From: Planctomycetota bacterium
GTDB taxonomy: Bacteria; Planctomycetota; B15-G4; SIAN01
Assembly (NCBI GenBank): GCA_031409275.1
Contig: JANNXA010000040.1
Location: forward strand, 64,001 to 128,000
Length of the DNA: 64,000 nt
Direction of reading: 5' to 3'
Of the stretch, positions 8,922 to 19,027 are shown in pieces (position 1 is the first letter of the stretch; the number at the start of each line of letters is the position of its first letter). Under the pieces are notes generated by a model that did no database searches, was not told where the DNA came from, and was given only the letters and a program-made list of their open reading frames with translations. The position numbers and the translations under genes are program-made.

Positions 8922-9986
8922 ATGGCGAAGGCGCTCGTCGTCACCCTTCGCGACACCCGCTTGCCGCCGGTCCTCCAGGCGCTTGCCGGCACCGAACTTT
9001 CCTGTGAACCGGTCCGCGCGGTCGACGCCGCCTGTCGACGCCTCACCGACCAGCGCTTCGACCTCCTCGTGGTCGACTTCGCCTCGATGCAGCGCGCGGA
9101 TCAGCGCGCAGTGGCGCCCCTGCGCTCCGCGGCCGGCGCGGTCCCGCTCCTCGCCGTCGTCGCCGCCGCAGCTCCGGCGGCGTTTCGACACGCTGTCGAG
9201 CTGCCTTCGGATGCGATCCTCGTCGATCCGATCGACCTCGACGTTGCCGCCGCCACGCTGCAGCGTCTGCTGCGCGCGCGAGCCGCCACGGTCCGCGAGA
9301 GCGATCCGCTCGAAGGGCTCTCGACATTCCTGAAAGGACTCGCGCACGAAATCCTCAATCCGCTCACGCCGATCACCGCCTTCTTGCAGATCCTTCAGCG
9401 CGACCCCGCCCTCGCGCCCGAGGTGAAGGCGCGCTACGAAATGATGGCCGAGGGGACCCGTCGCATCGAGAAGACGGTCCGTGATCTCGAGTGCTTCGCG
9501 CGTGTGCGCAAGCCGCAGCGAGCCCTCTTCGACCTCGCCGCCTTCCTTCGCGAGCAGGTGGAGCGCTGGCGCAGCGCCGATCCGCCGTTCGGCTCGACCT
9601 TGCACGCCCCCACCAAGGCACCGCTCGTCCTCGCCGATCGGGAGCAGCTCGCGGTGGCGTTCCGGCAGCTCGCTGGATTCGCGGCCGGCGGCGGCAACGC
9701 CGGCGTCGAAATCGAGCTGCGACCCGAGCGCGATGCCCTCGACATCGCCATTCGCGGCCATGCGCCCGTGCGACTGCCGCCGCGATCGGCCGATGCGCTG
9801 CTTCCCTACCACGACATTCAGGGCTCCGGGCGCCCCGGCACGCTCGACCTCGCCGCCGCCTGGGGCATCCTGCGAAGCCACCACGCCTCGCTGACCGTCG
9901 AACCGCAATCCGACTCCGCGGTCCGCTTCGCCGTCCGCTTCCCGACGGCCTCGATCTCCAGCGATGCGGAGGATGACCTGCCCTGA
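8922..9986 (+). CDS. Degenerate hybrid histidine kinase (pseudo-REC + HisKA + degenerate HATPase)
   Basis: FDLLVVD receiver-like N-terminus; H-box LAHEILNPLTPI; ADREQL precedes a catalytic domain lacking N/G1/G2 box residues. Confidence 0.8.
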   Translation: MAKALVVTLRDTRLPPVLQALAGTELSCEPVRAVDAACRRLTDQRFDLLVVDFASMQRADQRAVAPLRSAAGAVPLLAVVAAAAPAAFRHAVELPSDAILVDPIDLDVAAATLQRLLRARAATVRESDPLEGLSTFLKGLAHEILNPLTPITAFLQILQRDPALAPEVKARYEMMAEGTRRIEKTVRDLECFARVRKPQRALFDLAAFLREQVERWRSADPPFGSTLHAPTKAPLVLADREQLAVAFRQLAGFAAGGGNAGVEIELRPERDALDIAIRGHAPVRLPPRSADALLPYHDIQGSGRPGTLDLAAAWGILRSHHASLTVEPQSDSAVRFAVRFPTASISSDAEDDLP

Positions 9987-10106
9987 GTCGGGCGGGCGCG
10001 CCGCGCCTGCAGTCGACCCCGGGAGATGGTCGATGTCCCCCGGAAGAGCGGCCCCCTCGTCCGCGTATAAGAGGTCGCCCGTTCGGCAGGCGAATTCGGA
10101 GCGACG

Positions 10107-13100
10107 ATGGCCAGGCGACGCAGTCGCACCTTGATCCTCAGCGCGATCTGGATCGCCGTCGGCGGCGGGCTGCTCGCAGGGGCAGGTCTGCTGGCATCGC
10201 GTCGCACCGACCCCGACGCCTGCAGCCGCCGAGCCGAGGAGCGCGTCGCCGTCGGCGATCTCGACTCCGCGCTTCGTGAATACGACCGCGCGATCGCGGC
10301 GCTGCCGACCGAAGGGAGCGCCAACCGCCGGCGCCGACTCGAGCTCCTCACGCGACGTGGCGAGATCAACCTCATCCGCGGCCGCGCTCGGCACGCGCTT
10401 GCCGACTTCGAAACGGCCCAGGCGCTCGACCCGAGCGACGTGCTGACCTGGGATCGCGTCGGCCGCGCCCACCTCGCGCTCGAGGAGTTCTCGCTCGCCG
10501 CCAACCACTTCGAGCAGGCCTCGAAGGAAGCGGAGACGCTCTTCCCGGATCGCCGCGAGTGGTTCCTCTTCGCTGCTGGCTGCGCTCACTTCCGCGCCTC
10601 GCGCGCGCTCCTCGCCGAAGGCACCAAGCTGCTCGAGCCGCGCGCTCGCGCCGGTTATCGCGACGAGCTCGTGCGCGCCCTCGAGCGCTTCGCCTCGAAC
10701 GCGGTGGAACCGCCGCTGCGGACGCAGATCGAGCAGCAGCTGCTCGATGGCGCGGCCGACGGGAGCGCGACCGACGAGGCGTTCGAACGGCTGCTTGCGG
10801 CGCGCGCGCTGTTCGAGCGTGGCGACCAGGCGCTCGCAGGCTTCGAAACCTCGCCGAGCCTCGAGCTCGCGTACGGCTGCGTGCGCGCCGAGATGTACCT
10901 GCAGGCCGGACGCTTCTACGAGCTGCGCCGCTTGACAGAGCTGCTGATGCAGCTGCCCGGAGCACGCGAAAGCGACGAGTTCACGGTCCTGCAGACGACG
11001 CTCGCCAACGGTCTGCACAAGCTCGCGGTTCCGTCCGAGGCGATGAGCTCGTTCCTCGCGCTGCGCAAGACGCAGGCGGAGCTCGCGGCCAACGCGCGCA
11101 CCGACGCCGAGCGCAAGCGCTTCAGCGAAGGCGCCACGCGCACCTGGCTCCTGGCGATCGAGACGCGCCTGCGACTGCGGCAAGGCAAGCAGGCGCTGCA
11201 GCTGATGGCCAACATGGCCGCCCCGCCGACGAACAACCTGCTCCTCAATTTCTTCCTCGGCTACTCCGAGTTCCTGCTCGATCACAAGGAGCGCGCGTTG
11301 CCTGGCCTCGAGACGGCCGCGCAACTCTTGATCACCGGCAACGGCCGCCATTGGCAGCTGCGCACGCCCGAGCTCACTCGCTTCGTCCTCGAGTCGCTCG
11401 TCGAGAGCCTGGGCGCCTGCGATCGCGGCGAGCTCGCCGCGCGACTGATCGCCTTCGCGTTGCCACTCGTCCCCGATCCCGCTCCGCTCATCGCCAAGCG
11501 AATCGAGTTGCTGTCTCCGCTGCGCGACATGCTTCCGGCGGTGGTCGCAGACCAGTTCAAGCTGCTGGAACTCGACCGCGCCGACGGCCGCAACCTCGCG
11601 CGTTGGGAGAAGGACTGGACGCGCCTGCGCCCGAAGAGTCCGCCCCATCTCCAGGTGGTCGCCGAGCAGGCCGAGCGCGTGCGGCGGGTCTTCGGCTCGC
11701 GCGACGCGGCCGTCGACCCGGCGCTGCGCCAGCTCGCTCAGATGGCGCTCGGCGACCGCAAGTCGAAGGTGCTGCCGCCCGGCTCGATGCAGAGCGCCGG
11801 CTCGGCACTGCTCGGCGAGCTGCAGAGCGAGCCGTGCCTCGCGCTTCAGGTCTATCGCGCACTCGTCGCTGCGGGCGAGCGGCAGCAGGGCTACCTGCTG
11901 CTGTACGGACTCGTGGCGGCGTATCCGAAGATCAGCGACTTCCGCCTGCTGCTGGCACGCCACGACCTCGCCGATGGACGGTTCGCCGACGCGGCGTTCG
12001 ACATCGAGCCACTGCTCGACACCAACCCGAACGACGCCGAGATCACGCTCCTCGCGCTCGAAGCGGCGCAGGCGCGCGGCGACGAGGAGACGGCAAAACG
12101 CATCGAAGCGCGCGCACTGGCCGGCGGCCCGACGCCACTCGCTCGCATGGTGGCGGCCGTGACGGCCTACGAGCGCGACCAGCCGCTCATCGCGCTCGCC
12201 GCCGCCAGCGGTGCCGACCTCGCGACCCCAGCGGGCCGCGCCTTGGCGGGCGTCTCCGCGCTGGTGCTGGCCAAGCGGGGCGACTTCGACGCCGCGGAAG
12301 AGCGAGCGGCCCAGGTGCTGGCCGGCGACCCGAGCGAGCGTCATGCACTCGAGGCGCTGCTCGTCGCGCTGGCCCGCCGCAAAGCGGGCGATGGCGCTGC
12401 CGCGTGCGACCAGGTCGTCGCCGAGCGCCATTCGCAGCTCGTCGAGCTCGGCGAAGAGACGCTGATCCGGCTGGCGCGCGCCACCTTAGATGCCGGCGCG
12501 TTCGCCGCTGCCGAGCGCCTCGCGCGCACCGCGCTCACGCGCGCCCCGTTCCACGCCGACGCCGAGTTCGTCCTGGCCGATGCCCTCTTCGCGCTCGGTC
12601 AATACGACGAGGTCGACACGCTGCTCGCCGCGCCGCGCCCCGGCCAGACCCAGCTCGCCCGCACGCGCCGCGTCGCACTGGCGCGCGTCGCCCGCGACGG
12701 ATCGCGCGCCGCGTGGAGCTGGCTGCGCGAACGAGTCGCGGCCGGCGAACGTGAAGCGGACCACGCGCTGTGGATGGCGATCACCGGTTGCGCCGCGGGC
12801 CACGCTCAGCAAGCCCTCGACGCGCTGGTGCGTCACGCCTGGATCGTCGGCGACGACGACCAGCGTTTCCTCGCGCTGGCGATCGCGGTGCACGATGCGC
12901 CGTTGAGCGATCAGCTGCCGTTCACGTCGATCGTCGATCGCGTCGCCGCGCTGCGCGCGCGCAAGAGCAGCGGCGACCGCGAGCTCGAACGTTTCGTCAG
13001 CCTCGACCTCGCCACCACCGGCCATCGCTTCGTCGAGGAACTCTGCGAACTGCGAATGATCCAGGACCTGCCGGAGCTCGCGATCCTGCGCCGCATGCGC

Positions 13101-14441
13101 GAACAGCGCCTGCAGGAGCGCTACCCGGGGCTCGGCGGGCTGACGCGCGCGCGCGCCAACTCGCTCGACCTCGAAGGACGCGGCAACGAGGCCGGTGCGC
13201 TGCTCGTCAGTCAGCTGCGCGTCGATCCCAACGACGGCGAGACGTTGCGCTACCTGCTGCCGTTCACGCGCACGCTCTCGTCGGCGGACATCGAGTTCGC
13301 CATCCAAAGCGCCGCCAGCGCGCAGCTCACCGATGGCGAACGCCAGCTGCTGACCGCGGGCGCCGCAGAGCTCGCGGGCGAAACCGCCAAAGCGGCTGAC
13401 CTGCTGGTCGCGGCAACGGCCGACGCGGAATCACGCGCGCTGGCACTGCTGGCGTTGGCCGAACTCGGCGCCGCATCGACTCCTACGCTCGACAGCGGCC
13501 TCCCGCGCGCCCCCTGGTGCGAGGCCGCCGACCGGGCCAAGGCCAGCACCAGCCACGCCGAGCTCTATTCCGCCGTGGTCGCCGTCGCGCACGACGCCAA
13601 CGCCGATGCACGTCTGCGCGCACGCCTCGCGCGCCGCCTCGCGACCGAGAGCCAGACGATCCCGCCCGAGCTCGCCCGCGAACTCGCGCTCAATCTGGTC
13701 GCACAACCCGGTCCCTGGTTCGCCGCCTACGACGCCGTCACCGATGACCTGCTCGACGCGGCGCCCGACCTCGCGGCGCTCGACCGCGTCTCGGCGTCGC
13801 TCGACGCCGCGATCGCGCAGCAGAGCGACGAGCGGCTGCCGTTCGAAGCGGTGAACTCGCTGGCGCGATTGGCCATCCTCGCGCGCCGAGCCGGGGTCCC
13901 GGAACGGGGCGCCGAGTGGCTCGCGCGTGCCGAGCGCGATTGCCCGGTCCATCCGCTCGTCCTCGCGGAACGCGGTCGCGAAGCCGCCGCGAACGGCGAT
14001 CGGGAGTTGGCTCAGAATCGCTTCGAGCTGTCGCTCAGCTTCGGCAATCGCGATCCGGAGATGTTCCTCTGGCTGGCCGAGCGCGAGCTCAACGTGCAGG
14101 GTCTGGCCCTGCCGGCGCTCGAGCACGCGACGCTGGCGCTTGGCGCGTCGCCGCGCGACGCGACCCTGCGAGCGCGCGCCCAGGAGTTGATCGCCCGCAC
14201 CAACTTCCTGCTCGGAGCGACCGATCGCGCGCAATCGGCATGGGAGGCGGCGTGCCGCGAGCGCGGCGACGATCCGAACCTCTCGGTCGACATCGCGCTC
14301 GAGAGCGTGGCGCGCTACGGACCCAAGGCCTCGATGCCGCGACTCGAAGCGCTCGTGAGCGCGGACGGCCCCTACGCGCCGCTCGCTCGGCGGCTGCTCG
14401 CGCTCGCCACCGCCCCTGCGCAGAGCGAACCGAAGCCGTAG
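10107..14441 (+). CDS. Large membrane-anchored TPR-repeat protein (1444 aa)
   Basis: Basic N-terminus plus hydrophobic helix (LILSAIWIAVGGGLLAGAGLLA); many TPR-like units (ALADFETAQALDPSDVLTWDRVGRAHLA; LLDTNPNDAEITLLA; ALTRAPFHADAEFVLADALFALG). Confidence 0.85.
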   Translation: MARRRSRTLILSAIWIAVGGGLLAGAGLLASRRTDPDACSRRAEERVAVGDLDSALREYDRAIAALPTEGSANRRRRLELLTRRGEINLIRGRARHALADFETAQALDPSDVLTWDRVGRAHLALEEFSLAANHFEQASKEAETLFPDRREWFLFAAGCAHFRASRALLAEGTKLLEPRARAGYRDELVRALERFASNAVEPPLRTQIEQQLLDGAADGSATDEAFERLLAARALFERGDQALAGFETSPSLELAYGCVRAEMYLQAGRFYELRRLTELLMQLPGARESDEFTVLQTTLANGLHKLAVPSEAMSSFLALRKTQAELAANARTDAERKRFSEGATRTWLLAIETRLRLRQGKQALQLMANMAAPPTNNLLLNFFLGYSEFLLDHKERALPGLETAAQLLITGNGRHWQLRTPELTRFVLESLVESLGACDRGELAARLIAFALPLVPDPAPLIAKRIELLSPLRDMLPAVVADQFKLLELDRADGRNLARWEKDWTRLRPKSPPHLQVVAEQAERVRRVFGSRDAAVDPALRQLAQMALGDRKSKVLPPGSMQSAGSALLGELQSEPCLALQVYRALVAAGERQQGYLLLYGLVAAYPKISDFRLLLARHDLADGRFADAAFDIEPLLDTNPNDAEITLLALEAAQARGDEETAKRIEARALAGGPTPLARMVAAVTAYERDQPLIALAAASGADLATPAGRALAGVSALVLAKRGDFDAAEERAAQVLAGDPSERHALEALLVALARRKAGDGAAACDQVVAERHSQLVELGEETLIRLARATLDAGAFAAAERLARTALTRAPFHADAEFVLADALFALGQYDEVDTLLAAPRPGQTQLARTRRVALARVARDGSRAAWSWLRERVAAGEREADHALWMAITGCAAGHAQQALDALVRHAWIVGDDDQRFLALAIAVHDAPLSDQLPFTSIVDRVAALRARKSSGDRELERFVSLDLATTGHRFVEELCELRMIQDLPELAILRRMREQRLQERYPGLGGLTRARANSLDLEGRGNEAGALLVSQLRVDPNDGETLRYLLPFTRTLSSADIEFAIQSAASAQLTDGERQLLTAGAAELAGETAKAADLLVAATADAESRALALLALAELGAASTPTLDSGLPRAPWCEAADRAKASTSHAELYSAVVAVAHDANADARLRARLARRLATESQTIPPELARELALNLVAQPGPWFAAYDAVTDDLLDAAPDLAALDRVSASLDAAIAQQSDERLPFEAVNSLARLAILARRAGVPERGAEWLARAERDCPVHPLVLAERGREAAANGDRELAQNRFELSLSFGNRDPEMFLWLAERELNVQGLALPALEHATLALGASPRDATLRARAQELIARTNFLLGATDRAQSAWEAACRERGDDPNLSVDIALESVARYGPKASMPRLEALVSADGPYAPLARRLLALATAPAQSEPKP

Positions 14442-14450
14442 CCGACCGGC

Positions 14451-15503
14451 CTAGCTGAGGATCATCCGCGCGGCGGCGGCGCCGACAGCGGCGGAGGCGG
14501 TGAGGCCGTGGCCGCCGAGTCCCGCCACTCGCTGCACCCCGCGCGGATGAAGGAGCGGACCGACCACGAATCGTTCGTCGGGACGTCGCGTGCGATGGCC
14601 GGCCCAGAAGCGCATGGTCGCCGCCCCCGCCGCGCGGGGCCACGCACGCGCGAACTTGGCGCGGATCGCCGCCGCTTGCGTCGGATCGACCTTGCAGTCG
14701 CCGGGCGGGTCGGGCGATTCATCGCAGGCGCACAGCAGCAACCCTCCCGCTTCGGGTCGTGCGTAGAAGTCGCGAAGGTGGTCCCACACCCATGGCGCGT
14801 GCGAATCGAGCCGACCATCGGGCGCCGTCTGGAGCAAGTGGCGACGCGTCGATCGCACTCCGTCGTCTGCGGCGCCGAGCGCTGCGACGAAACTTGGGGA
14901 CCACGCGCCGCAGGCGTCGACGAGCACGCCGCAGCCGATCCGCCGCCCGCCCACTTCAACGGAACGCACCGCTCCTTGCACGACCTCGACCTGCCCGAGC
15001 GGCGCGCCAAGGTGCACCGTCGCTCCTTGCGCCTGCGCTCCGGCAACGAATCCCGCCACGACGGCACTCGAGTCGGCCACCCCATCGTCGGGCGCGAAGA
15101 GGATCTCCGCGCCGTCCGGCAGGACGTAGTCCGGAAGCGCGCGCGCAAAGGCGGTCACGCTCGATCGTTCGACACCGCTCCGCGCCCACGCTTGCGCCTG
15201 CTCTCGCGTCACCACCAGGAAGCCGCCGGTACGCCGGAAACCGGTCGTGCCCGCGAAGTCGGGCGGCGGAGCCGCGAGGAACGCCGCGCCTTCGTCGCAG
15301 AAGCGATCGAGTTCCTGGTCGCCAGTCGAGCGCCGGACGATGCCGGCGTTGCGGCCCGAACTGTGACGCGCCAACGTCGTCTCCTGCTCGACCAGCAGCA
15401 CGCTGGCGCTGCGCGCGCGCGCGACCATGAAGGCCGTCGCCGCGCCGGCCAGCCCGGCGCCAGCGATGACGACGTCGTAGCGCGCGTCGAGTCGACTGCT
15501 CAC
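14451..15503 (-). CDS. FAD-dependent oxidoreductase (DAO/glycine oxidase/sarcosine oxidase beta family)
   Basis: DVVIAGAGLAG, HSSGRNAG, VDACGAWS, WAGHRT...PD, GLGGHGLT; GTGA overlap with the deacetylase. Confidence 0.9.
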   Translation of the reverse strand: MSSRLDARYDVVIAGAGLAGAATAFMVARARSASVLLVEQETTLARHSSGRNAGIVRRSTGDQELDRFCDEGAAFLAAPPPDFAGTTGFRRTGGFLVVTREQAQAWARSGVERSSVTAFARALPDYVLPDGAEILFAPDDGVADSSAVVAGFVAGAQAQGATVHLGAPLGQVEVVQGAVRSVEVGGRRIGCGVLVDACGAWSPSFVAALGAADDGVRSTRRHLLQTAPDGRLDSHAPWVWDHLRDFYARPEAGGLLLCACDESPDPPGDCKVDPTQAAAIRAKFARAWPRAAGAATMRFWAGHRTRRPDERFVVGPLLHPRGVQRVAGLGGHGLTASAAVGAAAARMILS

Positions 15504-16363
15504 GCGACGGCCGGAAAGCTCGCGAGCGGAGGCGCCGCGGCCGCCAGCTCGGCGCACGTGGTGAAGGGGAATTCATCGATCAGCTGCGCCAGGCGCGACG
15601 CGGTCCGATCGAGGTTCCGGTAGTGGCGCAGATGGCCGACGCGGCCGATGACCGATGCAGCGGCACGCGGCTGCCCCGGATCGAGTTCCCACGGATGCAG
15701 GTAGACGACTCCCGGCGCCCCCGCTGCATTCATGGCGCGCAACGCTCGCTGCGTGAACCAGAGCGGCAGCTGCCGGAGGTAGCCGCCGCCGGCCGCCGGC
15801 AGGTTCTGTCCCAGCAGTCGCCAGGTCAGCAGGGGCAGCTCGACGATGGTTCCACCGCCAGTCGACAGCGTCACCGGCGTGCGCGGGAAGTCGGGGATGC
15901 CGTAGCGATCGTGGCGCACCGGGAAGATGCTCGAGTCGTAGGCCAGCCCGAGCTTCACCAGCCGCTCGAGCGCCCACCACGTCGGACGGGTGACGGAGAA
16001 CGTCGACGCCCGGAAGCCGCGGATGGGCCCGCGTGCGAGCGGCGACAGCAGCTCGAGGCTCCTGCGAACGTCGGCCTCGAATCCCTCGGGCCCGAGCTCC
16101 TGCGCCATGCGGTGCGAATGGCCGTGCGAGGCGATCTCGTGGCCCGCCGAGACGATCGCGCGCACCACCTCGGGCTCATGCTCGGCGATCCAGCCGAGCA
16201 CGAAGAAGGTCGCCTTGCGGCCCGCTCGGTCGAGCAGCCGCAGCGACTCCTCGACGCCCACGATGGCGCGCCACGGCAGCCGCTCCCAGTCGCGCTCCGG
16301 AAAGGCCGCGCGCAGGTTGACCGCGTGGAAGTACTCCTCGACATCGATCGAAAGGGCGTTCAT
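15500..16363 (-). CDS. Polysaccharide deacetylase, exosortase/PEP-CTERM locus type (CE4 + DUF3473-like)
   Basis: ALSIDVEEYF, ATFFVLGW, HEIASHGHSH, GFRASTFS, YDSSIFP, GGGYLR, YLHPWELDP. Confidence 0.93.
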   Translation of the reverse strand: MNALSIDVEEYFHAVNLRAAFPERDWERLPWRAIVGVEESLRLLDRAGRKATFFVLGWIAEHEPEVVRAIVSAGHEIASHGHSHRMAQELGPEGFEADVRRSLELLSPLARGPIRGFRASTFSVTRPTWWALERLVKLGLAYDSSIFPVRHDRYGIPDFPRTPVTLSTGGGTIVELPLLTWRLLGQNLPAAGGGYLRQLPLWFTQRALRAMNAAGAPGVVYLHPWELDPGQPRAAASVIGRVGHLRHYRNLDRTASRLAQLIDEFPFTTCAELAAAAPPLASFPAVA

Positions 16364-17019
16364 CGCGGGGGCGGACTTTCGCGGTCCAGCGGGTCGATCG
16401 CAAGCGCGCGGTCGACTTCGGGAAGGAATCGCTCGAGGAAGCGGCCGAGACGGAGCCGCGCCGCATCGCGATCGCCGTCCGCGAGCGAGGTCGAGAAGCG
16501 CAGCAGCGCGGCGGGCGCGGCCTCGCGCCGCAACCGAGCCTGGAGCGCCAGCCACTGCTCGTGCCACCACGAACCGGTCTCTTCGTCGCCGACGCGGTAC
16601 CACGACCAGACCATCTCGCGAACCCCGTCCTGCGCGATCACGAGCTCTTCCAGCGAACGCGGGCGGCCGGCGAGCCGCACCTCCCACTCGACATGGGTCT
16701 CGATCGTCCACCCCTGCCCGCGGTAGCAGACCTCCGGCGGATGGGCCGCCTTGTTCGCCGGGCCGGCGACGGCGAGGCACGCCAGGACGCGGTCGCCTGC
16801 GGCCGTCGTGTAACGACGCAGCAACACGTCGCGCGTCTCCAGCAATCGGTACTGCCGTTCTTCGAGCGGCACGTCGACACCGACGTATCCGGCAAGCTCC
16901 ATCGGCAAGGTCGCGACATGCAGCACGCCGGCGATCGGCACCGGTGCGCGCAGCAACGCGGTGCCTGCCCACGCGAGCAGCGCCAGCAGCACGGCGACGA
17001 CGAAGCGGGACCGGCTCAT
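16360..17019 (-). CDS. epsI: EpsI family exosortase-associated protein
   Basis: N-terminal TM, LPMELAGYVGVD, HPPEVCYRGQGW motif, VWSWYRVG; directly follows exosortase with ATGA overlap. Confidence 0.85.
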   Translation of the reverse strand: MSRSRFVVAVLLALLAWAGTALLRAPVPIAGVLHVATLPMELAGYVGVDVPLEERQYRLLETRDVLLRRYTTAAGDRVLACLAVAGPANKAAHPPEVCYRGQGWTIETHVEWEVRLAGRPRSLEELVIAQDGVREMVWSWYRVGDEETGSWWHEQWLALQARLRREAAPAALLRFSTSLADGDRDAARLRLGRFLERFLPEVDRALAIDPLDRESPPPR

Positions 17020-17870
17020 GGCGCGGCTCCGCGCGGGCCGCGTCGCCGCAGGAGCTGCTCCGCCAGCACGAAGCCGCCGATGGCGAGCGCGTAGACCAAC
17101 GCGTTGGTCACGTCGTGCCAGTCGCCCACCTTCGCTGCGCCATGCGCGAGCCCGATCCACGCCAGCGAGAGCACGCGCACCAGATTCGAAAGCAGTGCGA
17201 CCGGCAGCGCCAGCGCGAGCAGAACGACGCGCCGCGCGGGCGAGAGTGTCGTCGCCGAACCGGCCATGAACGCCCCGAGTGCCGCGAGCGCGATCGCCGA
17301 CGAAAGGCCGGAGCACTCGTCGTCCACCAGGAGTCGCTCGCCGCCTGGCAGCACCAGGAACGAGCCGGCGGCATGGATCCCGGTCCCCGCCCAGCCAAGC
17401 AGCGCGCCGCTGGCGGTGAGAACCACCTGCTTCAGCGATTGCACCGTGTCGGCAAGCAACTCCATCGGCCAGGGCACGGCGAAGAGCAGGAAGCCGAGCG
17501 GAACGGCGAGACGCCGCAGGAAGCGGGCGCCGAAGAGGAGCCAGGCGAGCCCGGCCGCCAGCAGCAGCAGCGCCACGACGGTCGGCGAATCGACCCGCAC
17601 GAAGGTCGCCGCGAGCAGCAGCGCCGTCGCGGGCAGCGCCAGCAGCAAGCCGCGCCAATCGCCACGCGCCTCCGCTGCCGCTTCCGCCAACGACTTTCGA
17701 CGCGCGAAGGCGAGCCACGCGGCCGCGAACGGCACCAGCGGACCGTGCGAGAAGAAGCCGTCAGGCTGCTGCCAGCGGCTCCAGATCCACGGCGCCAGCG
17801 GAATGAACGCGGCCGCCAGCAGCAGCGCAGGAACCCAGGCGAGTCGGCGCGAGAGCAGCGGCGCGCTCAT
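17016..17870 (-). CDS. xrt: Exosortase (EpsH family membrane transpeptidase)
   Basis: Multi-TM protein with SHGPLVP and catalytic triad Cys (DDECSGLSS), Arg (SNLVRV), His (WHDV). Confidence 0.93.
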   Translation of the reverse strand: MSAPLLSRRLAWVPALLLAAAFIPLAPWIWSRWQQPDGFFSHGPLVPFAAAWLAFARRKSLAEAAAEARGDWRGLLLALPATALLLAATFVRVDSPTVVALLLLAAGLAWLLFGARFLRRLAVPLGFLLFAVPWPMELLADTVQSLKQVVLTASGALLGWAGTGIHAAGSFLVLPGGERLLVDDECSGLSSAIALAALGAFMAGSATTLSPARRVVLLALALPVALLSNLVRVLSLAWIGLAHGAAKVGDWHDVTNALVYALAIGGFVLAEQLLRRRGPRGAAP

Positions 17871-19027
17871 GGCGAGCCCCGTTCGCGACGCGCGCGCAAC
17901 GCCTCGAACTCGGCCACGACCCGCGCGGCGTTGTGATCCCAGGTCAGCCCGAGTGCGTCGATCGTCGCGCGTCCCGCGGCGCCGATGCGCGCGCGCACGA
18001 CCGGATCGGCGACCAGGGCCGCGAGGCGAGCCGAGAAATCGGCATCGTTGGATGGATCGAACAGCACGCCGTTCTCCCCATCACGCACCACTTCGCGCAG
18101 GTTCGGTCGATTCGGCACGAGCGCGGCACGCGACGCGGCGAAGTAGTCGAGCAGCTTGAGCGGCGAAGCGTACTCGGTCACTTCCGGCAACAGCGCGACG
18201 TCGAACGCGGCGACCGTGTCGAGCACCTGCGCGCGCGGCAGCGTGCCGAGGAACACGACCTGCGCCGCGACGCCAGCCGCGACGGCGAGCTGTTCGAGGC
18301 GCGCTCGATCGGGCCCCTCGCCCACCACCGCGAGCAGCGCGCGCGGCTCATTGCGCAGGAAGGGATAGACGCGATCGAGTCGGTTCCAGTCGCGCACGAA
18401 ACCGACGAACCCGAGCACGATCCGCTCCTGCCAGCCGCGCGCGCGACGCAGCGCGGCGCCATCGAGCGGACGTGACAGCGCCGCGGGTTCCAGGCCGTTC
18501 CAATGCACTTCAAGGCGCTCCGGCGCGACCCCTTGCTGCTCCATCAGCTGCGCCATCGCGCGGGTGACGACGATCACCCGATCGGCGCGGTTGAGCGTGT
18601 GCGTCTCGAGACGGCGTGCATGGTTGGCGAGGCGGAGTCCCCCGTGGCGCGAGCGTTCGAGCGCGAGCGGCGCGTTCACCTCGATCATCAGCGGCAGCCG
18701 CAGCGAGCGCGCCGCCGCGGCGGCGCTCGTCGTGAACAACGCATGGCGCGCGTAGATCGCCTCGGGACGGAACCGGCGCGCCGCGCGCATCAGCTGCAGA
18801 CGCTCCGGGACGTTGTAGGCCAGTTCGGCGAGCTCACGCACGAGGCTGGCGCGAGGAGGACCGGCGTCGACGGCGGCACGTCCGGCGACGCCGGGCGCTT
18901 CGACCCGTGGCCGCGGCTCGACGATCTCGACTTCGTGGCCGGCCCGAACCAGCGCACCGACGAGCCCTTCGATGTGGATGCGTTGACCGTCGCGCGAGCG
19001 CGTTCGATGGTGATAGAGGATCCTCAT
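17867..19027 (-). CDS. GT4 glycosyltransferase
   Basis: MRILYHHRTRSRDGQRIHI, LMIEVNAP, SPLKLLDYFAA, EVVRDGENGVLF. Confidence 0.9.
   Translation of the reverse strand: MRILYHHRTRSRDGQRIHIEGLVGALVRAGHEVEIVEPRPRVEAPGVAGRAAVDAGPPRASLVRELAELAYNVPERLQLMRAARRFRPEAIYARHALFTTSAAAAARSLRLPLMIEVNAPLALERSRHGGLRLANHARRLETHTLNRADRVIVVTRAMAQLMEQQGVAPERLEVHWNGLEPAALSRPLDGAALRRARGWQERIVLGFVGFVRDWNRLDRVYPFLRNEPRALLAVVGEGPDRARLEQLAVAAGVAAQVVFLGTLPRAQVLDTVAAFDVALLPEVTEYASPLKLLDYFAASRAALVPNRPNLREVVRDGENGVLFDPSNDADFSARLAALVADPVVRARIGAAGRATIDALGLTWDHNAARVVAEFEALRARRERGSP

Noticed and set aside
8373..12431. 1352-aa minus-strand ORF
   Set aside because: Shadow of the kinase-like and TPR genes; stop-poor frames are expected in high-GC DNA.
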